Counted from the first letter of the stretch, positions 36,674 to 47,137 are shown. The stretch is DNA of 64,000 nucleotides from Bacteroidota bacterium (GCA_013377005.1 JACABE010000021.1:4294-68293); one strand, 5' to 3'. The notes: a model not told the origin generated them from the sequence alone. Program-made: numbers and translations.

Positions 36674-39586
36674 TTAGTATCCGAAGATATCTTCCATTTT
36701 TAAGTATTTCACTTTTCCGTATTTTTTCAATACATTAAAGTCAATTTCCTTTTTATCACCTAATACCAAGTAAGTGTGTTTCTTATCTTTAATATATTTG
36801 GTGTGGAATGTTTTTACATCATTAAAAGTCATATTTGGGACTTTAGCATATACATCCTTACGAAGATCATAATCAACGCCCAATTTTTTAGCACTTTCGT
36901 ATTGCCATAAAATATCAGATTTGGTTATTCTATCGGTTCTCATTTTCTGAATAATACCATTTTTAGCTAGAGTAAATGCTTTTTCAGATTCCGGCATATT
37001 ATTTAACAAACTGGTTAAAGCAGCCAAAGCATCATTTAATTTGTCATTCTGAGTAGCAATATAAGAAATCCCCATATAAGAATTATCTTTTTTATTAGGA
37101 CTTTGATACATTGACATAGCAGTATAAGCTAAAGAACGTGATTCTCTTAATTCTTGAAATACGATAGAATTCATACTTCCGCCAAAATATTCATTGAATA
37201 AATTTACATCAGCAGCTATATTTTTATCATATAAACCACCTTTATTTAAAAGTAACATTTGTGATTGCTTAGCATCAAAATCAACATGATAAACAATATC
37301 TTTTTTTGTTTCTAGTTCAACAAATTTTACTTCAGCAGGAACTGTTTTTAATTGTGCAGGTGTTTTGTGATAAGTATTCAGAATCTGAGTTAATTCTTCT
37401 GGTTTCTGGCTTCCGTAATACATAATATGATGTTGATATGAAAGTAAACCTTTAATAATAGTAACAAGTTCTTCTGGCTTTAATGATTTCAATTCAGCTT
37501 CGGTTAGAATATTAGTCATTGGTGATTTAGCACCGTATTTTCCATAGTTAACCATCGCACCAAAAGCTCTTTGTGGATTTAATTTGGCATCGGTTCTTTT
37601 TTTCATGATGTCTTTAATTACATTATCAAAAGCTTCCTGATCGGGTTTACAATCAGCTAAAACTTCTTCAAATAATTGCAACGCTTTTGACATATTTTCG
37701 GTTAAACCGCTTAAACTTACATAAACCTGATCCGCTGCAGCAGATACATTAAAAGAGCAACCTAATTTATAATACTCTTCTTTTAATTGATCATCAGTAT
37801 ATTTTGAAGTTCCTAAGAATTTTAAATAATTAGTTGCAACACTTAACTTTTTATCGTTATTACTTCCCATTTCAAAAACATAGAAAATATCAAACGTTTT
37901 ATTTTCAGTGTTTTCTTTATAAGTAACAGGTATATTGTTTTTAACAGTAAAGAATTGTAAATCTTTTTTGAAATCCAAAAATACAGGTTCAATTTCAGCA
38001 GGTTTATTTGCCTGTATCATTTTTAAGAAATCAGATTCAACATCGCGGTTGATTTTAATAGGCGTAATTTTAGGTTTTTTTACTTTTTTGATAGATTCGT
38101 CTTTACCTTTTCTTTTGTAAACAACTACATAATTGTCTTTTAAATTAGTTTTAGCAAAATCAACAATTTCCTGTTTGGTAATTTTTGATAATTTATCAAT
38201 ATTTTCAACAACATCTTTCCATGATTCGTTTTGGATAAAAGCATCAACAAATGCCATAGCTCTGTTGCTGTTACTTTCATATTCTTTAATTCTGCGAAGT
38301 TTTAAATCATTGATGATAGCAGGAATTAACCAATCAGGAAATTCACCTTTTTTTACCAATTCTATCTGAGAAATTAATAAATCTCTAACTTCATCTAAAG
38401 TTTGACCTGCTTTTGGTTTTCCTGTTAGCATTAATGAAGAATAATCATGCATGATATTAGGGCTTGACCCTGCACTCATTACTTTTTGTTTCTGATTCAG
38501 GTTTAAATCAATCAAACCGGCAGTACCATTGGTCAAAACCATATCAATCATAGTAATCATATCTGCTTCTCTTGAGCCACTTCCAGCAAAACGATAAGCC
38601 ATCATCATATTTTCCGCATCTGGACCAAATACTTCTTTTACAATAGGTTTTGTTATTGGTTGTTCTTGTCCAAAAGTAAATGGAGGAACTATAGAATTTT
38701 TCAATGCACCAAATTTGGAATCAATAACTTTGATTACATATTCAGGGTCAAAATCTCCTGACAAACAAATTGCAATATTATTTGGGACATAATATTTAGC
38801 AAAAAATTCTCTGATATTTTTCATCGAAGGATTTTTAATATGTTCCTGAGTTCCAATAGTAGTTTGGGTTCCGTAAGGATGATTTTGGAATAAACCTTCC
38901 AAAACTGCAGTATAAACTTTACGTCCATCATTGGTTAAGGTCATATTTTTTTCTTCATAGATGGTTTCCAATTCCGTGTGGAATAAGCGTAATACTGGAT
39001 CACTAAAACGATTAGCCTGGATAGTTGCCCAATTATCTATTTGGTTGGAAGGAATATCATCAACAAAAACAGTTTCTTCTAAGGAAGTAAAAGCATTGGT
39101 TCCATCTGCTCCGATAGCCGACATTAATTTATCATATTCGTTTGGAATTGCATAAGTAGAGGCAATATAAGAAATACTGTCAATTATTCCATACATTTGT
39201 TTTCTTTGATTTTCATCTGTCATCAACCTATATATTTCAAATAAAGAATCAATTTTTGCAATATAAGGAGCTTCCATTTTCCAATCTTTTGAACCATATT
39301 TTGAAGTACCTTTAAACATCATGTGTTCAAAATAGTGAGCCAAACCTGTAGTTTCGTGGGGGTCATTTTTGCTGCCTGCTCTAACAGCAACATAGGTTTG
39401 AATACGTGGTGCGTCTTTGTAAACAGTCATATACACTTTTAGTCCGTTATCCAGTGTATAAATCCTAGCTTTCAAAGGATCACCGGGAACTGTTTCATAA
39501 GTGTACTGTTTCTGAGCATGTACATTTACAACAAAAAGCGAAATGCTGATTAAAGCAATTCCAATAAATTTTAATTTGTTTTTCAT
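36674..39586 (-). CDS. M16-family (insulinase/pitrilysin-like) zinc peptidase
   Basis: Signal peptide, the inverted zincin motif HYFEHMMFKGT and 970 aa with duplicated M16 halves. Confidence 0.85.
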   Translation of the reverse strand: MKNKLKFIGIALISISLFVVNVHAQKQYTYETVPGDPLKARIYTLDNGLKVYMTVYKDAPRIQTYVAVRAGSKNDPHETTGLAHYFEHMMFKGTSKYGSKDWKMEAPYIAKIDSLFEIYRLMTDENQRKQMYGIIDSISYIASTYAIPNEYDKLMSAIGADGTNAFTSLEETVFVDDIPSNQIDNWATIQANRFSDPVLRLFHTELETIYEEKNMTLTNDGRKVYTAVLEGLFQNHPYGTQTTIGTQEHIKNPSMKNIREFFAKYYVPNNIAICLSGDFDPEYVIKVIDSKFGALKNSIVPPFTFGQEQPITKPIVKEVFGPDAENMMMAYRFAGSGSREADMITMIDMVLTNGTAGLIDLNLNQKQKVMSAGSSPNIMHDYSSLMLTGKPKAGQTLDEVRDLLISQIELVKKGEFPDWLIPAIINDLKLRRIKEYESNSNRAMAFVDAFIQNESWKDVVENIDKLSKITKQEIVDFAKTNLKDNYVVVYKRKGKDESIKKVKKPKITPIKINRDVESDFLKMIQANKPAEIEPVFLDFKKDLQFFTVKNNIPVTYKENTENKTFDIFYVFEMGSNNDKKLSVATNYLKFLGTSKYTDDQLKEEYYKLGCSFNVSAAADQVYVSLSGLTENMSKALQLFEEVLADCKPDQEAFDNVIKDIMKKRTDAKLNPQRAFGAMVNYGKYGAKSPMTNILTEAELKSLKPEELVTIIKGLLSYQHHIMYYGSQKPEELTQILNTYHKTPAQLKTVPAEVKFVELETKKDIVYHVDFDAKQSQMLLLNKGGLYDKNIAADVNLFNEYFGGSMNSIVFQELRESRSLAYTAMSMYQSPNKKDNSYMGISYIATQNDKLNDALAALTSLLNNMPESEKAFTLAKNGIIQKMRTDRITKSDILWQYESAKKLGVDYDLRKDVYAKVPNMTFNDVKTFHTKYIKDKKHTYLVLGDKKEIDFNVLKKYGKVKYLKMEDIFGY

Positions 39587-39636
39587 TTTTTAGATTTGTT
39601 AATAATATTTGATACTTGTTTTTTCTTTTCGTAAAA

Positions 39637-39671
39637 AAATTTGCCCAAAATATCTAATTTTGGGCAAATTT
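39637..39671 (-). terminator. Hairpin or terminator between the two M16 genes
   Basis: A perfect 15-bp stem, AAATTTGCCCAAAAT / ATTTTGGGCAAATTT, with loop ATCTA. On the minus strand the A/T-rich end of the stem runs into TTTTTAC. Confidence 0.6.
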
Positions 39672-39681
39672 TTGCTTTTAA

Positions 39682-42498
39682 TTATTTAGCCTCTTCGGGC
39701 ATTAAAACTACTCTTACATAATGGTCTTTAGTAAAACATTTTAAAGATAATTGTTTCAAATCTTCAATAGAAATTGCTTTCAATCTATCTTCAAACTTCA
39801 AGGTAAGATTAATATCATCACCATCAAAATAAGCAGATTCTAATTTCTGGAGCCAATAATTATTTTTCTTTAAATTAGTTTCTCTTTCTCTAATAACAGC
39901 TTCTTTGGCTTTATCAAAGTCAATTTGAGTTGGACCTTTTTTTAATAAATCTTTCATTATTCCAAAAACAGCTTTGGTTAATTTATCAGCATTTTTAGGT
40001 GAACAACCAAACATAACCATTATATTATATTCTGATTTTGGGTAATGCTCCATATTTATCATTGCCTGAGGACTATAAACACCACTCATTTTTTCACGAA
40101 TAACTTCAACAAGTTTAATATCAATTATTTCTTGTAATAAAGCAATTGATAGTCTGTTTTTGTCGTTCCACTCAATGTTTCCTGATATAAGTAATCCAAC
40201 CATGCCTTGTTTTTCGGTACCTTTATGAAATTTAATTTCAGTTATACCTTTTGCAAATTCAGAACTTACGTCTTTCCATGTTTCTTTTCTGTTGGTAATA
40301 GGCAAGCTACCAATATATTTTTCAATCATAGGTGTAATAGAATCCACATCAAAGTTACCCACAAAGAAAAATTTAAAATCGCTTGCATCAGCAAATCTAT
40401 CCTGATAAATCTGAAATGCTTTATCTAGTTTTATTTGATTTATTTGTTCTTCATTGGGAACAATGATCAATCTTTTTGCTCCCGGATAGGATGATTTATA
40501 TAAAGTATCATAAAAAGCAAATTGAGGATTAGCCTTAATAAATTTCAACTGATTTTTCATTTGAGATGCAAAAGTACTAAAAGCAGCTGTGTCTTTTCTT
40601 GGCGATTTAAAATAAAGGTAAGTTAATTGTAATAATGTTTCAAAATCTTTTGGTGTAGAACTTCCGGTAAATCCTTCTTTTATATCAGAAATATAAGGAC
40701 TTATCTGTACAACTTTTCCTTTTAATTTCTTTTCTAATTGTACATTGTCAAAATTACCAATTCCACTTTGGTCAACAATTTGGCTTGAAAAATTTGCCGA
40801 AATAAAATCTTGATCAGGATATAAAGAATGACCACCTGGGCTGTATGCTGAGACTAAAATTTCATCGTTTTTAAAATCGGTAGGCTTCAACACTACTTTA
40901 ATGCCATTAGCTAAAGTTAATTCAGTAAAACCAACTTCTTTATTTTCTTTTTTTGAAATAACTTTTGATCCTTTAATATTCTCAGCCAAAAGAGGTTCTG
41001 TTTTGAAATTGTCAATATAAGGTTCTATTTGTTTGGTTTTTGAATTTTTAATAATACTAAGGATTTGATCATTAGTAGGTACTTTAACACCTTCTTTTTC
41101 AGGAGCATTAACTACTAAAGCCATATTATCGTCTGACACCCATATTTTTGCTAATGCATTAATTTCAGCAAGTGTAATTTCCGGTAATAATTTTTTAGCA
41201 TATTTTAATTCATTTTTTACACCGGGAATAGGTTCTTCCGAAAGAAAATTGCTGGCATATTCAGAACAAAAATTTGCTGATTCGGTTTTATCTGCTTCTT
41301 TAGCAGCTTTTTCCATATTACTGAGGATATCTTCTTTTTGTCTTTCAAATTCAGATACAAGAAAACCGTATTTTTTAACTCTTTCGTTTTCCATCAATAG
41401 AACTTCCAGCGATTTATCTATTTGATTTTCTTTTGCAGCAGCATAAGAAGAATAAGCATCTCCACTACGAGCTAAAAATTGGCCATAAGAAGTTGAGGCG
41501 CCAATAAATGGAGCATCTTGTTTTAAAGAAATTTCAGATAATCTGGCATTTAACATTTCTGTATATAATTGCTCTATTAAATATTCTTTATAATCGGCTA
41601 AGGTCTTTTTAACAACATGAGGGTGTTTGTAGAATAACATCACCATATTACTAGTAGCTTCTTTATCTGTTGTAATGGCAATTAATGGTTCTTTATTTGC
41701 CGGTAAATCAAAGGTTGTTCTTGGTTTAGGATTTTCAGGATTTTTGATTCCTCCAAAATGTTGTTTTATCTTTGCTTCCGCTGAATCTACATTTATATCT
41801 CCAACAACAATAACAGCTTGTAAATTCGGACGATACCAATCATGGTAAAATTCGCGTAAAGTTTCATGTTTAAAACTCTGCAAATTTTCGTAAGTTCCGA
41901 TTGGAACTCTGTCGGCATATTTAGATCCTTTGAAAATTACAGGAAAATATTTTTTACGCATTCTATCATTGGCTCCTAATCCTAATCTCCATTCCTCGGT
42001 AATTACACCTCTTTCTTTATCAATTTCTTTGCCATCCATTGTTACATTGTGTGCCCAATCTTCAATGACTTGATAGCCTTTTTCAAGCAAACCTTCTTTA
42101 TCAGTAGGAATTTGAAGCATATACACGGTTTCGTCGAAACTTGTATATGCATTAATATCAGCTCCAAAACGAACACCTATGGTTTGTAAGAAATTCACTA
42201 ATTCATTTTTAGGAAAATGGGTTGTGCCATTAAAACACATGTGTTCGGTAAAATGTGCTAAACCTTGTTGGATATCTGTTTCCATTATAGAACCTGTGTT
42301 AACAGCTAAACGCAATTCAACACGTTTTTCCGGTTTTTTATTTTGACGAATGTAATAAATCAATCCATTGTCTAATTTTCCAATTCTAACTTTTGGATCA
42401 ACAGGTATTGATTTATTCAAATCAATTTTGGATTCTTGTCCAAATACGCTGGCAACCATAAATGCCAGTAATAAAAGGCTTAAAAATTTAATTTTCAT
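39682..42498 (-). CDS. M16-family zinc peptidase
   Basis: Signal peptide, HFTEHMCFNGT (HxxEH) and 938 aa. Confidence 0.85.
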   Translation of the reverse strand: MKIKFLSLLLLAFMVASVFGQESKIDLNKSIPVDPKVRIGKLDNGLIYYIRQNKKPEKRVELRLAVNTGSIMETDIQQGLAHFTEHMCFNGTTHFPKNELVNFLQTIGVRFGADINAYTSFDETVYMLQIPTDKEGLLEKGYQVIEDWAHNVTMDGKEIDKERGVITEEWRLGLGANDRMRKKYFPVIFKGSKYADRVPIGTYENLQSFKHETLREFYHDWYRPNLQAVIVVGDINVDSAEAKIKQHFGGIKNPENPKPRTTFDLPANKEPLIAITTDKEATSNMVMLFYKHPHVVKKTLADYKEYLIEQLYTEMLNARLSEISLKQDAPFIGASTSYGQFLARSGDAYSSYAAAKENQIDKSLEVLLMENERVKKYGFLVSEFERQKEDILSNMEKAAKEADKTESANFCSEYASNFLSEEPIPGVKNELKYAKKLLPEITLAEINALAKIWVSDDNMALVVNAPEKEGVKVPTNDQILSIIKNSKTKQIEPYIDNFKTEPLLAENIKGSKVISKKENKEVGFTELTLANGIKVVLKPTDFKNDEILVSAYSPGGHSLYPDQDFISANFSSQIVDQSGIGNFDNVQLEKKLKGKVVQISPYISDIKEGFTGSSTPKDFETLLQLTYLYFKSPRKDTAAFSTFASQMKNQLKFIKANPQFAFYDTLYKSSYPGAKRLIIVPNEEQINQIKLDKAFQIYQDRFADASDFKFFFVGNFDVDSITPMIEKYIGSLPITNRKETWKDVSSEFAKGITEIKFHKGTEKQGMVGLLISGNIEWNDKNRLSIALLQEIIDIKLVEVIREKMSGVYSPQAMINMEHYPKSEYNIMVMFGCSPKNADKLTKAVFGIMKDLLKKGPTQIDFDKAKEAVIRERETNLKKNNYWLQKLESAYFDGDDINLTLKFEDRLKAISIEDLKQLSLKCFTKDHYVRVVLMPEEAK

Positions 42499-42535
42499 TT
42501 GTTTATATTATTAATTAGTAAAAGTGTTATTTGTA

Positions 42536-44266
42536 TTAAAATTCAATTTCAAGATTCAAATCATTCTTTAATTTAATTATTTCAGGATTCTTTTCCGCCA
42601 TTTTTTTAAATTTATCATTATCAGTATAAGCTATTTCGCTTATAGACTCAGAAGCAATTACATGTGTATCTATTTGAAGAGTATAATTACCTGTTTTATT
42701 TCTAAAAAAATCTAATAAATCCCCTTTTTTCTGCTTTATTTCAATTTCTTGAATTTTGTTATCAATTGTTATGTCAATAATATTTTTTTGTAATAGTGGC
42801 TTATTTTTTGTTAGTGTTGCATACAAACTTGGTGACGATTCTTCAATAGTACTCATATATTCCGTCCAAAGCTCTTCAAACTTCTTTTGGGAAACTTCAT
42901 ATTGAACCTCCGGTTCTTGAGCCATAGTTAATGCTTCATTTTTAACTTTTTGTTCTGGGTTAGTATTTTCTGTCATCATTGATTTTACAGAAATTCCACT
43001 ATAATTAGAATCTTTGTTTGTAGATATTGGTTTTATTATTTCCTGTTTAGCAATAGTATCTGGATTCTGCTTAGATATTTCTACTTGCGGCTTAGGAATT
43101 TCCAATAATGGTTTTGTCTCTTGTTTTGGTGGATTTATCTCTTGTTTTTTTACTATTTCTGAATCAAAAGATGCACTTAATAAAGAACTTAATTGCATTA
43201 GCATAATTTCAATGCTCAACCTTTTATTGTTACTAATTTTATAGTTTAAATCGCACTGATTTATTATTTCTAATGATTTAAACAAAAATGGAATCGGGCA
43301 TTTAGCAGATTGCTCTTTATATCTTCCTTTTAAATTTTCTCCTATTTCAAGCAATTTGATAGTTGCAACATCTTTACAAACCATAAGATTACGAATATGT
43401 TCGCCCAATCCAATAATAAAATGCTGACCATCAAAACCCTTTTCAATTACTTCGTTGAAAAGCAGTAATGTATTAGGGATTTCATTTTCAAGAAAATAAT
43501 CGCACAATTTAAAATAGTAATCGTAATCGAGAACATTTAAGTTTTCAATAACAGCCTGATACGTTAAATGACTACCTGCAAAACTTACCAATTGGTCAAA
43601 AATAGAAAGCGCATCGCGCAAGGCACCATCTGCCTTTTGTGCAATAATATGCAATGCATCTTTATCTGCAATAATGCCCTCTTTGGCTGCAATATAATCC
43701 AAATGATGAGCAATATCTTCTATTTTAATTCTTTTGAAATCAAAAATCTGACAACGTGATAATATGGTAGGTATTATTTTATGCTTTTCGGTTGTAGCAA
43801 GAATAAATTTTGCATAAGCTGGTGGTTCTTCCAATGTTTTTAAAAAAGCATTAAACGCAGCTGTTGAAAGCATGTGAACCTCATCAATAATATAGACCTT
43901 ATATTTTCCATTTTGCGGTGGAATTCTTACCTGTTCTACTAAGCTACGAATGTCATCCACTGAATTGTTTGAAGCAGCATCTAACTCATATATATTAAAA
44001 GAAGCCGAATTATTAAAAGAGGTACATGATTCACAACTATCACAAGCTTCTATTTTATCAGTAATATTTTGACAATTAATTGTTTTTGCTAAAATTCTGG
44101 CGCATGTAGTTTTTCCAACACCACGAGGTCCACAGAATAAAAAGGCTTGAGCCAAATGATTATTCTTAATAGCATTTTTTAATGTATTAGTGATAGAGGC
44201 TTGCCCAACAACCGTATCAAATGTATTAGGTCGATATTTTCGAGCTGAAACTATATAATTTTCCAT
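42536..44266 (-). CDS. dnaX: DNA polymerase III subunits gamma/tau
   Basis: Walker A GPRGVGKTT, a Zn module (CxxC...CxxC: CQNITDKIEACDSCESC), DEVHML, a SRC sensor motif and a long low-complexity tau tail. ATG at 44266 preferred over TTG at 44269. Confidence 0.93.
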   Translation of the reverse strand: MENYIVSARKYRPNTFDTVVGQASITNTLKNAIKNNHLAQAFLFCGPRGVGKTTCARILAKTINCQNITDKIEACDSCESCTSFNNSASFNIYELDAASNNSVDDIRSLVEQVRIPPQNGKYKVYIIDEVHMLSTAAFNAFLKTLEEPPAYAKFILATTEKHKIIPTILSRCQIFDFKRIKIEDIAHHLDYIAAKEGIIADKDALHIIAQKADGALRDALSIFDQLVSFAGSHLTYQAVIENLNVLDYDYYFKLCDYFLENEIPNTLLLFNEVIEKGFDGQHFIIGLGEHIRNLMVCKDVATIKLLEIGENLKGRYKEQSAKCPIPFLFKSLEIINQCDLNYKISNNKRLSIEIMLMQLSSLLSASFDSEIVKKQEINPPKQETKPLLEIPKPQVEISKQNPDTIAKQEIIKPISTNKDSNYSGISVKSMMTENTNPEQKVKNEALTMAQEPEVQYEVSQKKFEELWTEYMSTIEESSPSLYATLTKNKPLLQKNIIDITIDNKIQEIEIKQKKGDLLDFFRNKTGNYTLQIDTHVIASESISEIAYTDNDKFKKMAEKNPEIIKLKNDLNLEIEF

Positions 44267-44292
44267 CAATCCTATTTAATTATAATAGTTTC

Positions 44293-44326
44293 CAAAATTA
44301 TAAAAAATATTAAGTGTTTGCTTCAA
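44293..44326 (-). promoter_or_regulatory. Candidate promoter for dnaX
   Basis: The minus strand has TAATTTTG (44300-44293), ending 26 nt before the ATG. A TTG lies at 44326-44324, but the 23-nt spacer is longer than consensus. Confidence 0.3.
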
Positions 44327-44532
44327 CTACTTGAAAGTTTTTAGTTTTTTTATATTTTTAAAAAGCTTTATTTGCACTTTGCGAGCTTTAACTTTGCTTA
44401 TGCAATATTATGATTTATGTAAATCGTGATTAAATTTATTAGACAAATGAAGCTTTTATCAGCTTGAAGTAGTATTTTTTAAAGATAAAAGCCCAAAGAG
44501 TGAAAAAAAGTTTTTTTTCACAAAAAAATAAA

Positions 44533-44540
44533 TACTTTTG
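44533..44540 (+). promoter_or_regulatory. Candidate -7 element for the tandem OMP genes
   Basis: TACTTTTG matches TAnnTTTG and sits 46 nt upstream of the ATG at 44587. There is no good -33 TTG. Confidence 0.3.
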
Positions 44541-44586
44541 CATAGTATTTGAAGAAATTAGTTTTATTTTAACAAACAAAAACACA

Positions 44587-45681
44587 ATGAAAAAAATTTA
44601 CTTTTTATTATTTTTAGGTATGTTTATGATAAACAATACCTTTTCGCAAATGAGTTTCAAAGGAAATTCCACTCAAAAATCAGCATTTGATTTAACAGAA
44701 AAAAAATTGAATATGCTGAATAATAAAAATTTAGACACCAAAGTTCTCATTACTGCTGAGGAAAATGATATGATGGCAAAGAGAAGACGCAGTAGTCGAA
44801 GCAGAGGTAGTTCATCTGAAGGAGGATTATACGCAAGCTTTGGATTAGGTTATGGCCTTGGATTAGGCTCGCAGAATATTGATGGGTTTACTGATCAAAC
44901 TTCTACCAAAACATCAACAACACTTCCTGCTTCAACAACAGAAGATCAAATAAACTTTTCTTTAGGTAAAGGTTTATGTATTAATGGAGCTTTTGGTTAT
45001 ATGATTAACGGCAATTTAGGATTTGAATTAGGATTTTCATATCTGATAGGAGGTAAGAACACTGCTACAAATACTGAAAATGAAAATACTACTGAAACTA
45101 TAGTAACTTATACTACTAACACTATTAAAAAAAATGAAACAGTAACAACATACAATGCTTCCATGTTTAGGTTAAGTCCTTCTGTAATTATTTCTTCCGG
45201 TATGGAAGGCATTAATCCTTATGCAAAGTTTGGAATGACTATAGGATTTGGATCATTTTACAAAGAAGCATCGGAAAATGGCAGTAAAAGAGTGATTAAT
45301 AAAAATTCAGGTATTTTATTATATGATTCAACTACTATCTCCAGTAGCTTAAGAAAAGACCAATATAGCGGAGGAGTTGCTATTGGGTTTAATGCTACAT
45401 TGGGTTGTGCTTTTACTGTTAGTGATAATATTTCGATATTTGCCGAATTTAATATGATTAATATGTCGTATTCACCAACGATGAGTGAAGTTACAGAATA
45501 CAATGAAAATGGCGTTAATCAGATACCATCATCTATAACTGCTGCACAAAAACAAACTTATTATTATGATACATTAACCTCCAGTACAACTTTCGATCCT
45601 AATGCATCACCTATAGCGTTAAAACAATCATTTTCTTTTGGCAGTATTGGGTTAAATATTGGAATGAAAATTAGCTTCTAA
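44587..45681 (+). CDS. Outer-membrane beta-barrel protein (paralogue A)
   Basis: The internal ATG at 44587 gives a signal peptide, MKKIYFLLFLGMFMINNTFSQ. The body is Gly/Ser/Thr-rich with alternating strands and ends in the terminal aromatic ...GMKISF. Confidence 0.6.
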   Translation: MKKIYFLLFLGMFMINNTFSQMSFKGNSTQKSAFDLTEKKLNMLNNKNLDTKVLITAEENDMMAKRRRSSRSRGSSSEGGLYASFGLGYGLGLGSQNIDGFTDQTSTKTSTTLPASTTEDQINFSLGKGLCINGAFGYMINGNLGFELGFSYLIGGKNTATNTENENTTETIVTYTTNTIKKNETVTTYNASMFRLSPSVIISSGMEGINPYAKFGMTIGFGSFYKEASENGSKRVINKNSGILLYDSTTISSSLRKDQYSGGVAIGFNATLGCAFTVSDNISIFAEFNMINMSYSPTMSEVTEYNENGVNQIPSSITAAQKQTYYYDTLTSSTTFDPNASPIALKQSFSFGSIGLNIGMKISF

Positions 45682-45755
45682 CTCTTTAAAATGATATCTT
45701 AGTCTGTAAACTATTATATATTTATCAACTATTTATTAATTTATTAATCAAAAAA

Positions 45756-46493
45756 ATGAAAAAAACATTACTTTTAGTATGCTTGGGTATGTTTATGGCA
45801 AACATTACTTTTTCACAAATGAGTTTCTCTGGAAACAAACTTAAAAAATCAGCTTTTGACTTAACTGAAAAAAAAGCTAACTTTAATGAAGACAATTCTT
45901 TAACAACAAAAGTAGTCATTACTGATGAAGATAATGACATGATGAAAAAAAGAAGAAAAAAAGGTGGTCACAGAGGTGGCGGTAGTGGCGATTATAGCAA
46001 TAGCATAAAAGTCAATCCATTATCTATGATTTTTGGAACCTTTAGTGGAATGTATGAAAGAAAAATAAGTGATAATATTTCTTTAGGATTATCAGCAGGA
46101 TTTGTTTCAAGATCTACTGGTATTGCTAGTATTATGGAATATACTTATAGTGGATTTACACTTGCACCTGAATGCCGTTACTATTTTAGTGAAGCTATTC
46201 AAGGTTGGTACGGTTCTGCTTTTTTCACATTCTCTTCAATTACTGAAAAAATGACAGTAACAGGACAAGATGATTTAAAAAATACTATTACTGTTATTGG
46301 TGGAGGAGTTGTTGCCGGACATCAATGGATATGGGGCGGTTTTACACTTGATGTATATGCAGGAATCGGTTATACAAGTATGAGTGTTTCTTATGATTCT
46401 TCTTATGATCCTAATCAAGTTTTAGGCGCAAGTGGATTGTCTTTTAGTGGAGTTTTACCAGCTTTAGGTACTGCTGTTGGTTATTCATTCTAA
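45756..46493 (+). CDS. Outer-membrane beta-barrel protein (paralogue B)
   Basis: Signal peptide MKKTLLLVCLGMFMANITFSQ, an N-terminal module shared with paralogue A, a beta-barrel body and the terminal ...VGYSF. Confidence 0.6.
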   Translation: MKKTLLLVCLGMFMANITFSQMSFSGNKLKKSAFDLTEKKANFNEDNSLTTKVVITDEDNDMMKKRRKKGGHRGGGSGDYSNSIKVNPLSMIFGTFSGMYERKISDNISLGLSAGFVSRSTGIASIMEYTYSGFTLAPECRYYFSEAIQGWYGSAFFTFSSITEKMTVTGQDDLKNTITVIGGGVVAGHQWIWGGFTLDVYAGIGYTSMSVSYDSSYDPNQVLGASGLSFSGVLPALGTAVGYSF

Positions 46494-46510
46494 GTTAAGA
46501 AAAAAATTTT

Positions 46511-46540
46511 AAAAGGCTCTCAATTTTGAGAGCCTTTTTT
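46511..46540. terminator. Bidirectional intrinsic terminator between convergent genes
   Basis: AAAAGGCTCTC-AATTTT-GAGAGCCTTTTTT. The 7-bp GC-rich stem is at 46515-46521/46528-46534. Confidence 0.75.
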
Positions 46541-46949
46541 ATTTCCTATTAAAAGTTGTATTATAAGCCGAGCTATCTGTATTATTCTTTACATAATAAT
46601 GCCAGTTTATAAAATTTTTATTTTCCATATTACCATACCCTTCAATTGTATTGCCACTATATGTTTGTTTTGGAAGAATCACACTTTTCCCATTTACGAT
46701 AGCAAAAGCAGTATCATTTAAACTTGCAAAGTTTGAAATTCTTATATTACTTGTTGTAGTAGCATCAATAAAAATGGAACAATCAAAATTTAAATTTTTA
46801 GCAAGAGGTACCTCAGTACAAGACCAAGATCCAACATAATCGGCTCGGGTAATTGTTTCTGTTGGAGTCGTCGGTGTATCGTCTTTTTTACAAGCAGCTA
46901 TGCTCATAGTTATAAGTAATCCTATAATAAAAATGTTTTTTGTTTTCAT
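46539..46949 (-). CDS. Small lipoprotein of unknown function
   Basis: Lipobox SIAAC. The 136-aa protein is beta-rich with no recognisable motif. Confidence 0.5.
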   Translation of the reverse strand: MKTKNIFIIGLLITMSIAACKKDDTPTTPTETITRADYVGSWSCTEVPLAKNLNFDCSIFIDATTTSNIRISNFASLNDTAFAIVNGKSVILPKQTYSGNTIEGYGNMENKNFINWHYYVKNNTDSSAYNTTFNRK

Positions 46950-47000
46950 TTTTGTAAATTTTTAGATTATAAAAATACAATATCTATGCCAATTATTTTA

Positions 47001-47008
47001 CAAACTTA
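47001..47008 (-). promoter_or_regulatory. Candidate -7 element for the small lipoprotein gene
   Basis: The minus strand reads TAAGTTTG (TAnnTTTG), ending 51 nt upstream of the ATG at 46949. Confidence 0.25.
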
Positions 47009-47137
47009 TGAAAAATATCTTTAATGAAAATAAAAACAAACAAATCGTTGTTATAAATATAAAAGTTTAGTTAGGATATTTTTAATTGTACTATCTTAGC
47101 AAACAAAATCAAAAGCTTTTAAAAACAGGCTTATGTA

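Noticed and set aside
44500-44586. N-terminal extension of the first OMP gene (listed start at 44500)
   Set aside because: The extension would bury the signal peptide, and it overlaps the TACTTTTG promoter-like motif. The internal ATG at 44587 gives a canonical signal peptide that aligns with the paralogue's start.
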